Assembly (NCBI GenBank): GCA_017647785.1
Contig: JAGCJW010000041.1
Coordinates: 18,960 to 82,959, forward strand
DNA: 64,000 nt
DNA from: Bacteroidales bacterium
GTDB taxonomy: Bacteria > Bacteroidota > Bacteroidia > Bacteroidales > P3
Reading direction: 5' to 3'
Part shown: positions 8,696-18,274 of the stretch, piece after piece
Layout of the letters: the number at the start of each line of letters is the position of its first letter
How positions within the stretch are numbered: the first letter of the stretch is position 1
The notes under the pieces: generated by a model
What the model was told of the DNA's origin: nothing
Seen by the model: the letters and a program-made list of their open reading frames with translations, nothing else
Databases searched by the model: none
Position numbers and translations under genes: made by a program

Positions 8696-11308
8696 TTATG
8701 CTAATATTATTTCTTTGATTAACTCTACTGCTTTTGCTAATCCTGATGCGTCTTTACCACCTGCTGTTGCAAAGTGTTTTTGTCCTCCTCCGCCACCTTT
8801 GATTTCTTTTGATACTTGACGGATTGTTGCAGAAGCGTCTTTGCCTTTTTCTACTAATTCTTCACCAAGCATTAGTGTAAGGTTTACTTTTCCTTCACTT
8901 TCTCCATATCCAATGAAACATATCTTTGAATTGCTTGCTCTAAAACGGAAAGCTAAATCTTTTACTCCTTCTGCTGGAAGATTAGATGTATCAAGTGTTA
9001 AAAGAGATACTCCATTTTCTTCTGTTATTTTTGTTTGAAGAGTATCGTATAATTGAGCTATTTTTTCTTTTTGGAAAGAATCTAATTCTGCTTTTAATTG
9101 ATTGTTATCCTCTATTAACTTTTGAATAGTCTTAACAATGTTTGGACTTGCTGCAAATAGAGATTGTACTTCTTTTAATGTATCTTCTATTTTATTTAGG
9201 TGATTTTCGCATTCTTCTCCTGTAACGGCTTCAATTCTTCTTACACCCGCTGCAACTGCTGTTTCGTTTACTATGCTTATCATTCCTAAACGTCCTGTTG
9301 AACTTGCGTGTGTTCCTCCACAAAGTTCAATGCTTTCTCCAAATCTAATACATCTTACTTTATCTCCATACTTTTCTCCGAATAATGCCATTGCTCCCAT
9401 TGCTTGTGCTTCTTCTATGTTTATTTCACGGAAGTCTTCTGCTTTATGGTCGGCTCTTATCATTGAGTTTACAAGTTTTTCTGTTTGACGTATTTCTTCT
9501 TCTGTAAGTTTGCTTGGATGTGAGAAGTCGAAACGCAATCTTGAATCATTAACATACGAACCTTTTTGTTCTACATGCGAACCTAAAACTTGTCTTAAAG
9601 CATAATGCAATAAGTGAGTTGCAGTATGGTTAGCCTCTATTGCAGTTCTCTTGTTTTGATTTACCACTAATTCAAATGGTATTTCCAAGTTTTCAGGTAG
9701 CTTTTTAGTAATATGTAATGTAAGTTTGTTTTCTTTTTGTGTATCTATGATTTCTATTTTTTCTACGCCATTAGTTATGTATCCGCTATCTCCTACTTGT
9801 CCTCCCATTTCTGCATAGAATGGAGTTTGGTCAAATACTAATTGATAGTTTGTTGCAGTTTTTGTTGTTACTTTACGATATCTTAAAAGGTTAGCATTAG
9901 CTTTGCAAGTGTCATATCCAAGAAACTCTCCTACTCCTTCAAATTCCTTAATTATTACCCAATCTTCTGCAGAACTTTTAGCCGCATTTTTAGAACGTTC
10001 TTTTTGTTGAGCAAGATTTTTTTCAAATCCTTGCATATCTACGCTATATCCTTTCTCTTGCGCCATAAGTTCTGTTAAATCAACAGGGAATCCGTAAGTA
10101 TCAAACAATTCAAAAGTAAAATCTCCATCAATTACCTTATCTTGTTTTTGAGAGATATACTTTTCAAATTTTATTATACCATTAGAAAGTGTACGAAGGA
10201 ATGATTGTTCTTCTTCTTTAACTATTTTTTCAATTAAAGATTGTTGTTGTTTTATTTCAGGATATTGTTCTCCCATTTTATTTACTAAAACATCAACTAA
10301 TTTATACAAGAAAGGCTCATTAAAATTCAAGAATGTATAGCCATATCTTACAGCTCTTCTTAATATTCTTCTGATAACATAACCAGCCTTTGCATTAGAA
10401 GGAAGTTGTCCATCTGCTATTGCAAAAGAGATCGCTCTAATATGGTCAGCACAAACTCTCATTGCAACATCTTTTTCCTTATCTTGCGAATAAGTTACCT
10501 TTGCTTCTTTTGCCAAGAATTGAATCATTGGTTGGAAAACATCTGTATCGTAATTTGATTTTTTATTTTGCAATACCATACAAAGACGTTCAAATCCCAT
10601 ACCAGTATCAATGTTCTTTTCTTTCAAAGGAACAAGACTTCCATCAGCCATACGGTTAAATTCCATAAACACAAGATTCCATATTTCAATAACTAATGGA
10701 TTATCCTTATTTACTAAATCTTTTCCGCTAACTTTCTTTCTCTCTTCTTCATCTCTTAAATCGACATGTATTTCTGAACAAGCACCACAAGGGCCTGTTT
10801 CTCCCATTTCCCAAAAATTATCTTTCTTATTTCCTAATATTATTCTATCTTCATCTATCCATTCTTTCCAATAATCATAAGCTTCCTTATCTAAACTCAA
10901 TCCATCTTTTTCATCACCTTGGAAAACGGTTACATAAATCACATTTTTGCTTATTCCATAAACCTTTGTTAAAAGTTCCCAAGCATATGCAATAGCTTCT
11001 TTTTTGAAATAATCACCAAAAGACCAGTTTCCTAACATTTCAAACATAGTGTGGTGATAAGTATCATGACCAACCTCTTCCAAATCATTATGCTTTCCAC
11101 TTACTCTTAAACATTTTTGAGAGTCAGCAGCAGAAGGATAAGGTTTAGTAACATTACCCAAGAATATATCTTTAAATTGATTCATTCCCGCATTAGTAAA
11201 AAGCAATGTAGGATCATTCTTAACTGTTATTGGTGATGAAGGAACTATTGTGTGTCCCTTAGATGCAAAAAAATCAAGAAAAGTCTTTCTTATCTCATAA
11301 GATGTCAT
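8696..11308 (-). CDS. alaS: Alanine--tRNA ligase
   Basis: 870 aa. Class II catalytic core, editing-domain HTATHLLH motif, C-terminal DHHA1-like region. Confidence 0.97.
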   Translation of the reverse strand: MTSYEIRKTFLDFFASKGHTIVPSSPITVKNDPTLLFTNAGMNQFKDIFLGNVTKPYPSAADSQKCLRVSGKHNDLEEVGHDTYHHTMFEMLGNWSFGDYFKKEAIAYAWELLTKVYGISKNVIYVTVFQGDEKDGLSLDKEAYDYWKEWIDEDRIILGNKKDNFWEMGETGPCGACSEIHVDLRDEEERKKVSGKDLVNKDNPLVIEIWNLVFMEFNRMADGSLVPLKEKNIDTGMGFERLCMVLQNKKSNYDTDVFQPMIQFLAKEAKVTYSQDKEKDVAMRVCADHIRAISFAIADGQLPSNAKAGYVIRRILRRAVRYGYTFLNFNEPFLYKLVDVLVNKMGEQYPEIKQQQSLIEKIVKEEEQSFLRTLSNGIIKFEKYISQKQDKVIDGDFTFELFDTYGFPVDLTELMAQEKGYSVDMQGFEKNLAQQKERSKNAAKSSAEDWVIIKEFEGVGEFLGYDTCKANANLLRYRKVTTKTATNYQLVFDQTPFYAEMGGQVGDSGYITNGVEKIEIIDTQKENKLTLHITKKLPENLEIPFELVVNQNKRTAIEANHTATHLLHYALRQVLGSHVEQKGSYVNDSRLRFDFSHPSKLTEEEIRQTEKLVNSMIRADHKAEDFREINIEEAQAMGAMALFGEKYGDKVRCIRFGESIELCGGTHASSTGRLGMISIVNETAVAAGVRRIEAVTGEECENHLNKIEDTLKEVQSLFAASPNIVKTIQKLIEDNNQLKAELDSFQKEKIAQLYDTLQTKITEENGVSLLTLDTSNLPAEGVKDLAFRFRASNSKICFIGYGESEGKVNLTLMLGEELVEKGKDASATIRQVSKEIKGGGGGQKHFATAGGKDASGLAKAVELIKEIILA

Positions 11309-11341
11309 AATTCTACTATATTAAAAGATTATTAAAACGTG

Positions 11342-11349
11342 CAAAGATA
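11342..11349 (-). promoter_or_regulatory. Bacteroidota sigma-A -7 box (alaS)
   Basis: Minus strand TATCTTTG, 33 nt upstream of the alaS ATG. Confidence 0.5.
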
Positions 11350-11391
11350 CGAATTATTTATCTCTTAGCTTGATTAAAGCAAGAAAATATG

Positions 11392-11399
11392 TAATTTTG
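11392..11399 (+). promoter_or_regulatory. Bacteroidota sigma-A -7 box (sdaA)
   Basis: TAATTTTG, 24 nt upstream of the ATG at 11424. Confidence 0.5.
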
Positions 11400-11423
11400 C
11401 ACGACAAAATACTTAAAAATACT

Positions 11424-12638
11424 ATGGAAAGCATAAAAGAAATTTTTAGAATAGGCTATGGTCCATCGTCTTCTCACACAATGGCACCAAGAAAGGCTTC
11501 TGAAATATTTTTAAAAGATAATATTGATGCAAATCATTTTGAAATAACACTTTACGGTTCATTAGCAGCAACCGGAAAAGGCCACTTAACAGACCAAGCT
11601 ATAATAGATGTATTAGGAAAAGAAAGAACAAAAATACATTGGAAAAGTGATACTTTTTTAGACCTTCACCCTAATGCAATGACCTTTGAATCTTTTGATG
11701 AGAGTGGAAAATTGATACAAAAGAGAACAATGTATAGCATTGGCGGAGGAAAAATAATAGAAGAAGATTCCAAGTTAGGATTAGAAATAAAGGAAGTTTA
11801 TCCACATCATAATTTAACAGAAATCTTACAATATATAGATGAACGCGGATTAACCTTTTGGGAATACGTCCAAGAGTTTGAAGACGCTGATATTTGGGAT
11901 TACCTATCGGAAGTAATGCAAGTAATGAAAAAATCTGTTGAAGACGGATTGAACGAAGAAGGCGTATTGCCAGGAGGATTGCATTTAAGAAGAAAGGCAA
12001 TGTCATATTATACAAAAGCTAGGAGTTATAAACCATCTTTAAAAGGAAGATGTTTAGTACAAGCCTATGCTTTGGCAGTTTCAGAGCAAAACGCATCGGG
12101 AGGAAAGATTGTAACAGCACCAACTTGTGGCTCTTGCGGAGTAGTTCCAGCCGTTTTATATCACCTAAATACAGAACACGAATTCACAGAAAAACAAATC
12201 GTACGTTCACTTGCAACAGCAGGATTGATAGGCAACGTAATAAAATTCAATGCCTCAATTTCAGGAGCAGAAGTTGGTTGTCAAGGAGAAGTCGGTTCTG
12301 CGTGTTCAATGGCAGCAGCAGCGGCTAATCAACTTTTTGGAGGGACTCCACAACAAATAGAGTACGCAGCAGAAATAGGACTCGAACATCACTTAGGATT
12401 AACATGCGACCCTGTATGTGGATTAGTGCAAGTTCCTTGCATAGAACGAAATGCCTTTGCAGCATTAAGAGCATTAGATGCCAACCTTTATGCGATGATG
12501 TCTGACGGAAAGCATATTATCTCTTTTGATAAGGTTGTTGAAACAATGAAACAAACCGGAAAAGACCTACCTTCTCTTTACAAAGAAACAGCCGAAGGAG
12601 GTTTGGCAGTAGTAGGAAAAAACTTCTGTCAAATATAA
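11424..12638 (+). CDS. sdaA: L-serine ammonia-lyase (iron-sulfur dependent, single chain)
   Basis: The track ORF starts at 11370, but a TAATTTTG -7 box sits at 11392-11399, so the ATG at 11424 (MESIKEIFRIGYGPSSSHTMAP) is preferred. Beta and alpha domains are fused. Confidence 0.85.
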   Translation: MESIKEIFRIGYGPSSSHTMAPRKASEIFLKDNIDANHFEITLYGSLAATGKGHLTDQAIIDVLGKERTKIHWKSDTFLDLHPNAMTFESFDESGKLIQKRTMYSIGGGKIIEEDSKLGLEIKEVYPHHNLTEILQYIDERGLTFWEYVQEFEDADIWDYLSEVMQVMKKSVEDGLNEEGVLPGGLHLRRKAMSYYTKARSYKPSLKGRCLVQAYALAVSEQNASGGKIVTAPTCGSCGVVPAVLYHLNTEHEFTEKQIVRSLATAGLIGNVIKFNASISGAEVGCQGEVGSACSMAAAAANQLFGGTPQQIEYAAEIGLEHHLGLTCDPVCGLVQVPCIERNAFAALRALDANLYAMMSDGKHIISFDKVVETMKQTGKDLPSLYKETAEGGLAVVGKNFCQI

Positions 12639-12656
12639 CTTGATTTCACGCTCAAC

Positions 12657-12719
12657 AAAACAAAGAATTATTTTTTTAAAACAAAGAATTATTTAAATAA
12701 AACAAAGAATGAAAAAATT
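12657..12719. repeat. 3 x 21-bp tandem AAAACAAAGAAT repeat in the sdaA-SulP spacer
   Basis: Units start at 12657, 12678 and 12699. The third unit contains the SulP ATG (12709). Confidence 0.9.
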
Positions 12720-14415
12720 AAATCTTGATGAAATTTTCAGACCTAAGTTCTTTGAGATGATAAAAATGAGAAACTACTCAAAAGAACTATTTATTAAAGA
12801 TTTAACAGCAGGTATAATAGTTGGAGTTGTTGCAATCCCATTGGCTATTGCTTTTGGTATCGCATCAGGAGTAAGTCCACAACAAGGATTGATAACAGCT
12901 ATTATTGCAGGAGCTTTAATCTCTATTTTCGGAGGTTCTCACGTTCAAATTGGAGGACCAACAGGAGCATTCATCGTAATTATTGCAGGAATTATAGGTG
13001 AATACGGAATGAGTGGATTGGCCATTGCAACTTGTATTGCAGGGGTTTTACTTATTTTAATGGGTGTTTTGAAATTTGGAGATATAATTAAGTTTATGCC
13101 TTATCCTATTATAGTAGGATTTACATCGGGTATTGCACTTACAATCTTCTCAACTCAAATCAAAGACTTCTTTGGATTGACAATAGCGGGCGAAGTACCA
13201 GCAAACTTTATTGAAAAATGGATATGCTATTTCCAAAACTTCGACACAATCAATCCAATAGTAACAATAATGGCAGTATTTACTGTTGCAATCTCTTTCC
13301 TTTGGAGCAAAGTTACAAAAGTAATTCCAGGTTCTTTGATTGCAATCATAGTTTGTACAATAGCAACAATAATACTTAAAAATTACGGAATCATAATTCC
13401 AACAATAGGAAGTGTTTATCCAGAATTAAGTGGTGGAGCGGCATTACCACAACCAGAAGTACCAGCGATTACAATAGAAAGTATAAAAGGATTGATTTCG
13501 CCTGCTTTCACTATTGCAATCCTTTGTGCTATTGAAAGTTTGCTTTCTGCAATGGTAGCAGACGGTGCAACAGGTAAGAAACACCATTCAAATACAGAGC
13601 TTATTGGACAAGGTATTGCAAACTTTGTTTCTCCTTTGTTTGGAGGTATTCCAGCAACAGGAGCAATCGCAAGAACAATGGCAAACATAAACAACGGAGG
13701 ACGTACACCTATTGCAGGTATAATTCACGCTTTATTCTTATTATTGATTTACTTATTCTTAATGCCACTTGCAGCAAACATACCTTTTGCATGCCTTGCA
13801 GGTATTTTGGTTGTAGTATCTTATAATATGAGTGAATGGCGTTCGTTCAAAGCAATATTCAAAAACCCAAAAAGCGATGTCGTTGTACTTCTTACAACAT
13901 TCTTCCTAACAGTTATCTTTGACCTTACAATCGCTATTGAAATAGGTCTTTTGATTGCTTTCGTATTATTCATAAAACGTGTAATGGAAACCTCTTCTAT
14001 CAAAGTTATTGAAGATGAACTTCAAAGAACAGAAGATTCTGAATCAGACAGCGTTTATGAAAAAGTAAACAAACAAGTACAAATCTACGAAATTGACGGA
14101 CCTTTCTTCTTCGGAGTTGCAAACAAGTTTGACGAAGTAGGAAATCGCAGCAAAAAGAATAAACCTACAGTTAGAATTATCAGAATGCGTAAAGTTCCTT
14201 TCATAGACTCAACAGGATTGAAGAACCTTAGAAGTCTATGTGATAAGAGCAAGAGCGAAAAGATACAAATTATTCTTTCAGGTGTAACAGAAGAAGTTTA
14301 CAAAGTATTAGACAAGAGCGGATTTGCTGATTATCTTGGAAAAGAATTTATCTTTGACCACATATCTAAGGCTCTTGATAAAGCAAACGAACTAACAAAC
14401 AACAAAACAGAATAA
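12709..14415 (+). CDS. SulP-family anion transporter with C-terminal STAS domain
   Basis: 568 aa, multi-TM core. The STAS-like tail begins at IYEIDGPFFFGVANKF. Confidence 0.9.
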   Translation: MKKLNLDEIFRPKFFEMIKMRNYSKELFIKDLTAGIIVGVVAIPLAIAFGIASGVSPQQGLITAIIAGALISIFGGSHVQIGGPTGAFIVIIAGIIGEYGMSGLAIATCIAGVLLILMGVLKFGDIIKFMPYPIIVGFTSGIALTIFSTQIKDFFGLTIAGEVPANFIEKWICYFQNFDTINPIVTIMAVFTVAISFLWSKVTKVIPGSLIAIIVCTIATIILKNYGIIIPTIGSVYPELSGGAALPQPEVPAITIESIKGLISPAFTIAILCAIESLLSAMVADGATGKKHHSNTELIGQGIANFVSPLFGGIPATGAIARTMANINNGGRTPIAGIIHALFLLLIYLFLMPLAANIPFACLAGILVVVSYNMSEWRSFKAIFKNPKSDVVVLLTTFFLTVIFDLTIAIEIGLLIAFVLFIKRVMETSSIKVIEDELQRTEDSESDSVYEKVNKQVQIYEIDGPFFFGVANKFDEVGNRSKKNKPTVRIIRMRKVPFIDSTGLKNLRSLCDKSKSEKIQIILSGVTEEVYKVLDKSGFADYLGKEFIFDHISKALDKANELTNNKTE

Positions 14416-15438
14416 GTGAAATTCTTGAAAAACAACATAACACTTATACTTCTTTCTTTACTATGCCTTGTTTTAATATTTATAAGTTGCATAGTAGGTA
14501 GTGGAAGTATAAGTGTTGTTGATTCAATAAAAGCCCTTATTTATCCTCTTATAGGAAAAGACACAGAAGAAATAAACGAGGGAGTAAAGTACATAATATA
14601 TAATATTAGAATACCAAGAACTCTCTTTGCTGCATTAGCCGGAGCAGGACTTTCAATCTGTGGATTAGCCTTTCAATCTATATTTAGAAATCCATTAAGT
14701 GACCCATATATATTAGGAGTTTCTTCAGGCGCTTCACTTGGAGCAACACTTGCAATAGTCTTAGGCTTAGAAAACATAATCTTTGGAATAAGTGGAATGA
14801 GTTTTGTATTTGCCTTTTTGAGTGTAATCATTATAATAAAGATTGCCTCTTATGGAAACCGCATACACACCACTACCCTTTTACTTGCGGGAATTTCAAT
14901 TAACTTTCTCGCCTCTGCTTTTATCTCATTACTTATGATAATAAACCAAGAACAAATAGAAAAAATAGTCTTTTGGACTATGGGCTCGCTTTCAAATATC
15001 AGCTACCACTCAGTCATTGGCGTAAGTATCGCAGTAGTAATGGGGATAATATGTATCACTTACCACGCAAGAGATTTAAACGCCTTACTAATAGACACAC
15101 AAACTGCAAAATCGCTTGGAGTAAACGTTGAACGTACAAAACGAATCATTCTCTTAATCTGCACATTAATGGTTGCACTCATCGTAAGTGAAAGTGGAGT
15201 AATAGGATTTATAGGATTAGTCGTTCCACACATAGTAAGACTAATAATAGGTTCGGACAACAGACGAATGATTCCCTTTTCAATACTTGGAGGAATAATC
15301 TTTATGATTACCTCAGACGTTTTATCACGAACAATAATGCCACCATCAGAAATCCCTGTTGGAAGTATAACTGCCTTGATTGGTTCACCATTCTTTATTT
15401 ACCTATTGTTTAACGCTAAAAAACGCCTAAAACAATGA
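14416..15438 (+). CDS. FecCD/BtuC-family ABC transporter permease (iron-siderophore/cobalamin type)
   Basis: 340 aa, GTG start immediately after the SulP stop codon. Typical FecCD membrane-domain sequence (RIPRTLFAALAGAGLS...). Confidence 0.85.
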   Translation: MKFLKNNITLILLSLLCLVLIFISCIVGSGSISVVDSIKALIYPLIGKDTEEINEGVKYIIYNIRIPRTLFAALAGAGLSICGLAFQSIFRNPLSDPYILGVSSGASLGATLAIVLGLENIIFGISGMSFVFAFLSVIIIIKIASYGNRIHTTTLLLAGISINFLASAFISLLMIINQEQIEKIVFWTMGSLSNISYHSVIGVSIAVVMGIICITYHARDLNALLIDTQTAKSLGVNVERTKRIILLICTLMVALIVSESGVIGFIGLVVPHIVRLIIGSDNRRMIPFSILGGIIFMITSDVLSRTIMPPSEIPVGSITALIGSPFFIYLLFNAKKRLKQ

Positions 15439-16187
15439 TAAAAGTAAACGACTTAACCTACACCATAGGAGAGAAACAAATACTCCACAACATAAATTTC
15501 CAAATAGAAAAAGGGAAAATCTATGGTATTTTAGGAGAAAACGGAAGTGGGAAATCCACCCTATTGAAAACCCTTACAAGAATCAATAACGTAAAAAACG
15601 GAAAAATACTCCTAAACGACAAAGACATAAATCACTACACCTCAAAACAACTAGCACAAACTATTGCCCTTGTACCACAACAAACAAATCTAATGTTTGA
15701 TTTCTCTGCCCTGCAAATAGCACTTATGGGAAGAATCCCCTATCAAAAACCCTTGTATTCCGATAGCGAAGAAGACTTAGAAATAGTAAAACAATCAATG
15801 CAACTAACCTCCACCTGGCACCTAAGAGATATGAATGCACAAAACCTAAGTGGAGGAGAATTTCAAAGACTAATAATAGCAAGAGCCCTAGCACAACAAA
15901 CCCCAATCCTAATGCTTGACGAACCAATCTCATCACTCGACATACGCCACCAATTCGAAATAATGAACCTACTAAAACAAATAAATAAAGACACTAATAC
16001 AACAATACTAATAATAATTCACGACCTTAACCTAGCATTAAAGTACTGCGATGAAATAATCCTTTTAAACAAAGGAGAATTAGTAGCCTTTGGAGAAAGC
16101 AAAAAAGTACTTACCGAAGAAACAATTTCCAAAAACTTCGGAATAAACGTAGAGATAAAAGATGATTGGATAAAAATTATTCGATAA
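15435..16187 (+). CDS. ABC transporter ATP-binding protein (FepC/BtuD-like)
   Basis: 250 aa. Walker A GENGSGKST, signature LSGGEFQR, Walker B ILMLDEP. 4-nt overlap with the permease gene. Confidence 0.9.
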   Translation: MIKVNDLTYTIGEKQILHNINFQIEKGKIYGILGENGSGKSTLLKTLTRINNVKNGKILLNDKDINHYTSKQLAQTIALVPQQTNLMFDFSALQIALMGRIPYQKPLYSDSEEDLEIVKQSMQLTSTWHLRDMNAQNLSGGEFQRLIIARALAQQTPILMLDEPISSLDIRHQFEIMNLLKQINKDTNTTILIIIHDLNLALKYCDEIILLNKGELVAFGESKKVLTEETISKNFGINVEIKDDWIKIIR

Positions 16188-16192
16188 CTAAC

Positions 16193-17455
16193 TTATTCCG
16201 CTGCTTTAAAATTAAATATAGGTTTAATAACATTTACTATTTCAACACTGTCAGCCACATTTCTTACAATTTCTTCCATAGGTTTATACACCATAGGTGC
16301 TTCATCTTTGGTTTCTTCCGTTAAAGTTTCACTATAAATTCCATTCATAGATTGTTTAAAGTCATCAATATTGATTTCTTTAAACGCTTGACTTCTACTC
16401 ATTATACGTCCAGCGCCATGTGGAGCCGAAAAATTCCAATCTTCATTACCCTTACCCTCACAAATCAAAGAACCATCACGCATATTCATAGGTATAATAC
16501 ACCTCTCTCCCTTATATGCAGAAATAGCTCCTTTACGTATTATGTTATCATCACCAATATAATTGTGTACACTTTCAAAAGAATCATTTATAACCTCTAC
16601 ATATTCCTCTTTCACAAGGAAATCCATTATCAAATCAACAATAAGTCTTCGGTTAATTTTCGCCCACTTTTGACACAAACGCATATCTTCAAGATAATCC
16701 TCACGCCACTCTCCTTCAAGATAAGACAATGCCTCAGGGATTGAAGGTTTACGCATTTTAAACGATGAATGTAACTTCGCTACTATTTCTTTAATCTCTT
16801 TTCTTCCAACTCCATTTTCTTTACATTCTGCTATAATACGTTTCTGTTCCTCTAATAATTCTCCCCAACCCGAATGGCATTTAATTGCTAACTTTTGATA
16901 AATTTCTGCTACCTGTTTACCTAAATTACGACTACCTGTATGAACTAATAAATAATGCAAATTCTTTTCATCTTTACCCACTTCAATAAAGTGATTTCCT
17001 CCTCCCAAAGTACCAATAGAAGTAATTAATCTCTTAGAATATTTTAATTCCCTATAACAATGAAGTTGAGTAATCAAAGATTTCGCCTCACTATACCTTT
17101 CCATATACTGATTAGGTAAAGGCAAATAGTTTTCATCTCTATTATTTCTTCCCGATGGTATTGCCTTTAAAATAAATTCATTCAACAAATGAAAGTCTAT
17201 ATCTTTTAAACACTTAAAAGGCTGAACCAATATTCCACAACCAATATCCACACCCACAATATTAGGAATTACCTTTGAACCTAAATTTCCTGTAAAACCT
17301 ATAACACAACCAGCACCAGCGTGAACATCTGGCATAACACGCACTTTACAATCACTAAACACATCAATTTCCATCAACTGTTTGATTTGTTCAATCGCAT
17401 TTTCCCCTACATTATCTGTAAAAATCTTTACATCATATCCCTCTAATATCTTCAT
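16193..17455 (-). CDS. rtcB: RtcB-family RNA 3'-phosphate ligase
   Basis: 420 aa. PDVHAGAG, GGGNHFIE, HTGSRNLG and APHGAGR metal/GMP-binding motifs. Confidence 0.85.
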   Translation of the reverse strand: MKILEGYDVKIFTDNVGENAIEQIKQLMEIDVFSDCKVRVMPDVHAGAGCVIGFTGNLGSKVIPNIVGVDIGCGILVQPFKCLKDIDFHLLNEFILKAIPSGRNNRDENYLPLPNQYMERYSEAKSLITQLHCYRELKYSKRLITSIGTLGGGNHFIEVGKDEKNLHYLLVHTGSRNLGKQVAEIYQKLAIKCHSGWGELLEEQKRIIAECKENGVGRKEIKEIVAKLHSSFKMRKPSIPEALSYLEGEWREDYLEDMRLCQKWAKINRRLIVDLIMDFLVKEEYVEVINDSFESVHNYIGDDNIIRKGAISAYKGERCIIPMNMRDGSLICEGKGNEDWNFSAPHGAGRIMSRSQAFKEINIDDFKQSMNGIYSETLTEETKDEAPMVYKPMEEIVRNVADSVEIVNVIKPIFNFKAAE

Positions 17456-17485
17456 GACTATTCGTTTTTAGGTTTTAATTCTACG

Positions 17486-17493
17486 CAAAGTTA
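17486..17493 (-). promoter_or_regulatory. Bacteroidota sigma-A -7 box (rtcB)
   Basis: Minus strand TAACTTTG, 30 nt upstream of the rtcB ATG. Confidence 0.5.
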
Positions 17494-17506
17494 CTAATAA
17501 ATTTCG

Positions 17507-17514
17507 TATCTTTG
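17507..17514 (+). promoter_or_regulatory. Bacteroidota sigma-A -7 box (CatA-like gene)
   Basis: TATCTTTG, 21 nt upstream of the ATG at 17536. Back-to-back with the rtcB box. Confidence 0.5.
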
Positions 17515-17535
17515 CTTTTTCCAAATAGCAAAGAT

Positions 17536-18153
17536 ATGAAAAAAGAAATCAATCCACAAGAGACTTCTCGTTACGATGCCTTTAACCTTTGGCTTACCTC
17601 TCCAATGCCAATGGTAACACTAACAAAGACTTTTGATGTTACAAAGATTTTAAAAACAAGCAAGAAACATAAAATTAGTTTTAACGCACTATTATGTTGG
17701 TGCATAGGAAAAGTTGCAAGCCAAATTAAAGAGCTTTATCTACTTGTTGAAAAAGAAAAACTATACAAGTATGATAAACTTGCGATAAATGTAATCGTAA
17801 ACAATCAAAAAGGAGGAATAAATTCTTGTGATATTGCATGGAGTGAGGATTTGAAACAATTCATAAAAGACTACACCCAACTAACAACACTTTCCATAAA
17901 AGAAAACAAAAGTACTTTCTTAGAAGATTATATGATAATAGGAACCTCCGCAATGATTCAAACAGAAATTGACTCCATAGTAAATCAATACACCGATAAA
18001 TTCACAAATCCTATGCTTATGTGGGGTAAATATCGTAAACATTTCTTAAAAACCCTACTCCCAATCTCCTTTCAATTTCATCACGTTCAAATGGACGGAG
18101 GAGACGCCGCAAGATTTCTTGAACTTTTACAAAAAGAGATAAAGAGTTTATAA
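17536..18153 (+). CDS. CatA-like (chloramphenicol acetyltransferase family) O-acetyltransferase
   Basis: Start moved to the ATG at 17536 because a TATCTTTG -7 box lies at 17507-17514. The C-terminal FQFHHVQMDGGDAARF resembles the CAT catalytic HH..DG motif. Confidence 0.65.
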   Translation: MKKEINPQETSRYDAFNLWLTSPMPMVTLTKTFDVTKILKTSKKHKISFNALLCWCIGKVASQIKELYLLVEKEKLYKYDKLAINVIVNNQKGGINSCDIAWSEDLKQFIKDYTQLTTLSIKENKSTFLEDYMIIGTSAMIQTEIDSIVNQYTDKFTNPMLMWGKYRKHFLKTLLPISFQFHHVQMDGGDAARFLELLQKEIKSL

Positions 18154-18208
18154 AGAAAAGAAAGCTCTAATTTTAAGAGTTTCTCCTTTTCTTCTTAGTA
18201 CAAAATTA

Positions 18209-18274
18209 TTCCAATGCTGTTGGAGAAGTGTTCCAATGCCATTGGAGAAGTATTCCAACGCTGTTGGAATTTTC
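18209..18274. repeat. 3 x 22-bp tandem repeat, each unit containing the palindrome TCCAA-N5-TTGGA
   Basis: TTCCAATGCTGTTGGAGAAGTG / TTCCAATGCCATTGGAGAAGTA / TTCCAACGCTGTTGGAATTTTC. Confidence 0.9.

Noticed and set aside
17536-18153. Calling this a bona fide chloramphenicol resistance gene
   Set aside because: Only family-level resemblance is visible (HH..DG motif). CatA-like acetyltransferases of unknown substrate are common, and no mobile context is present.
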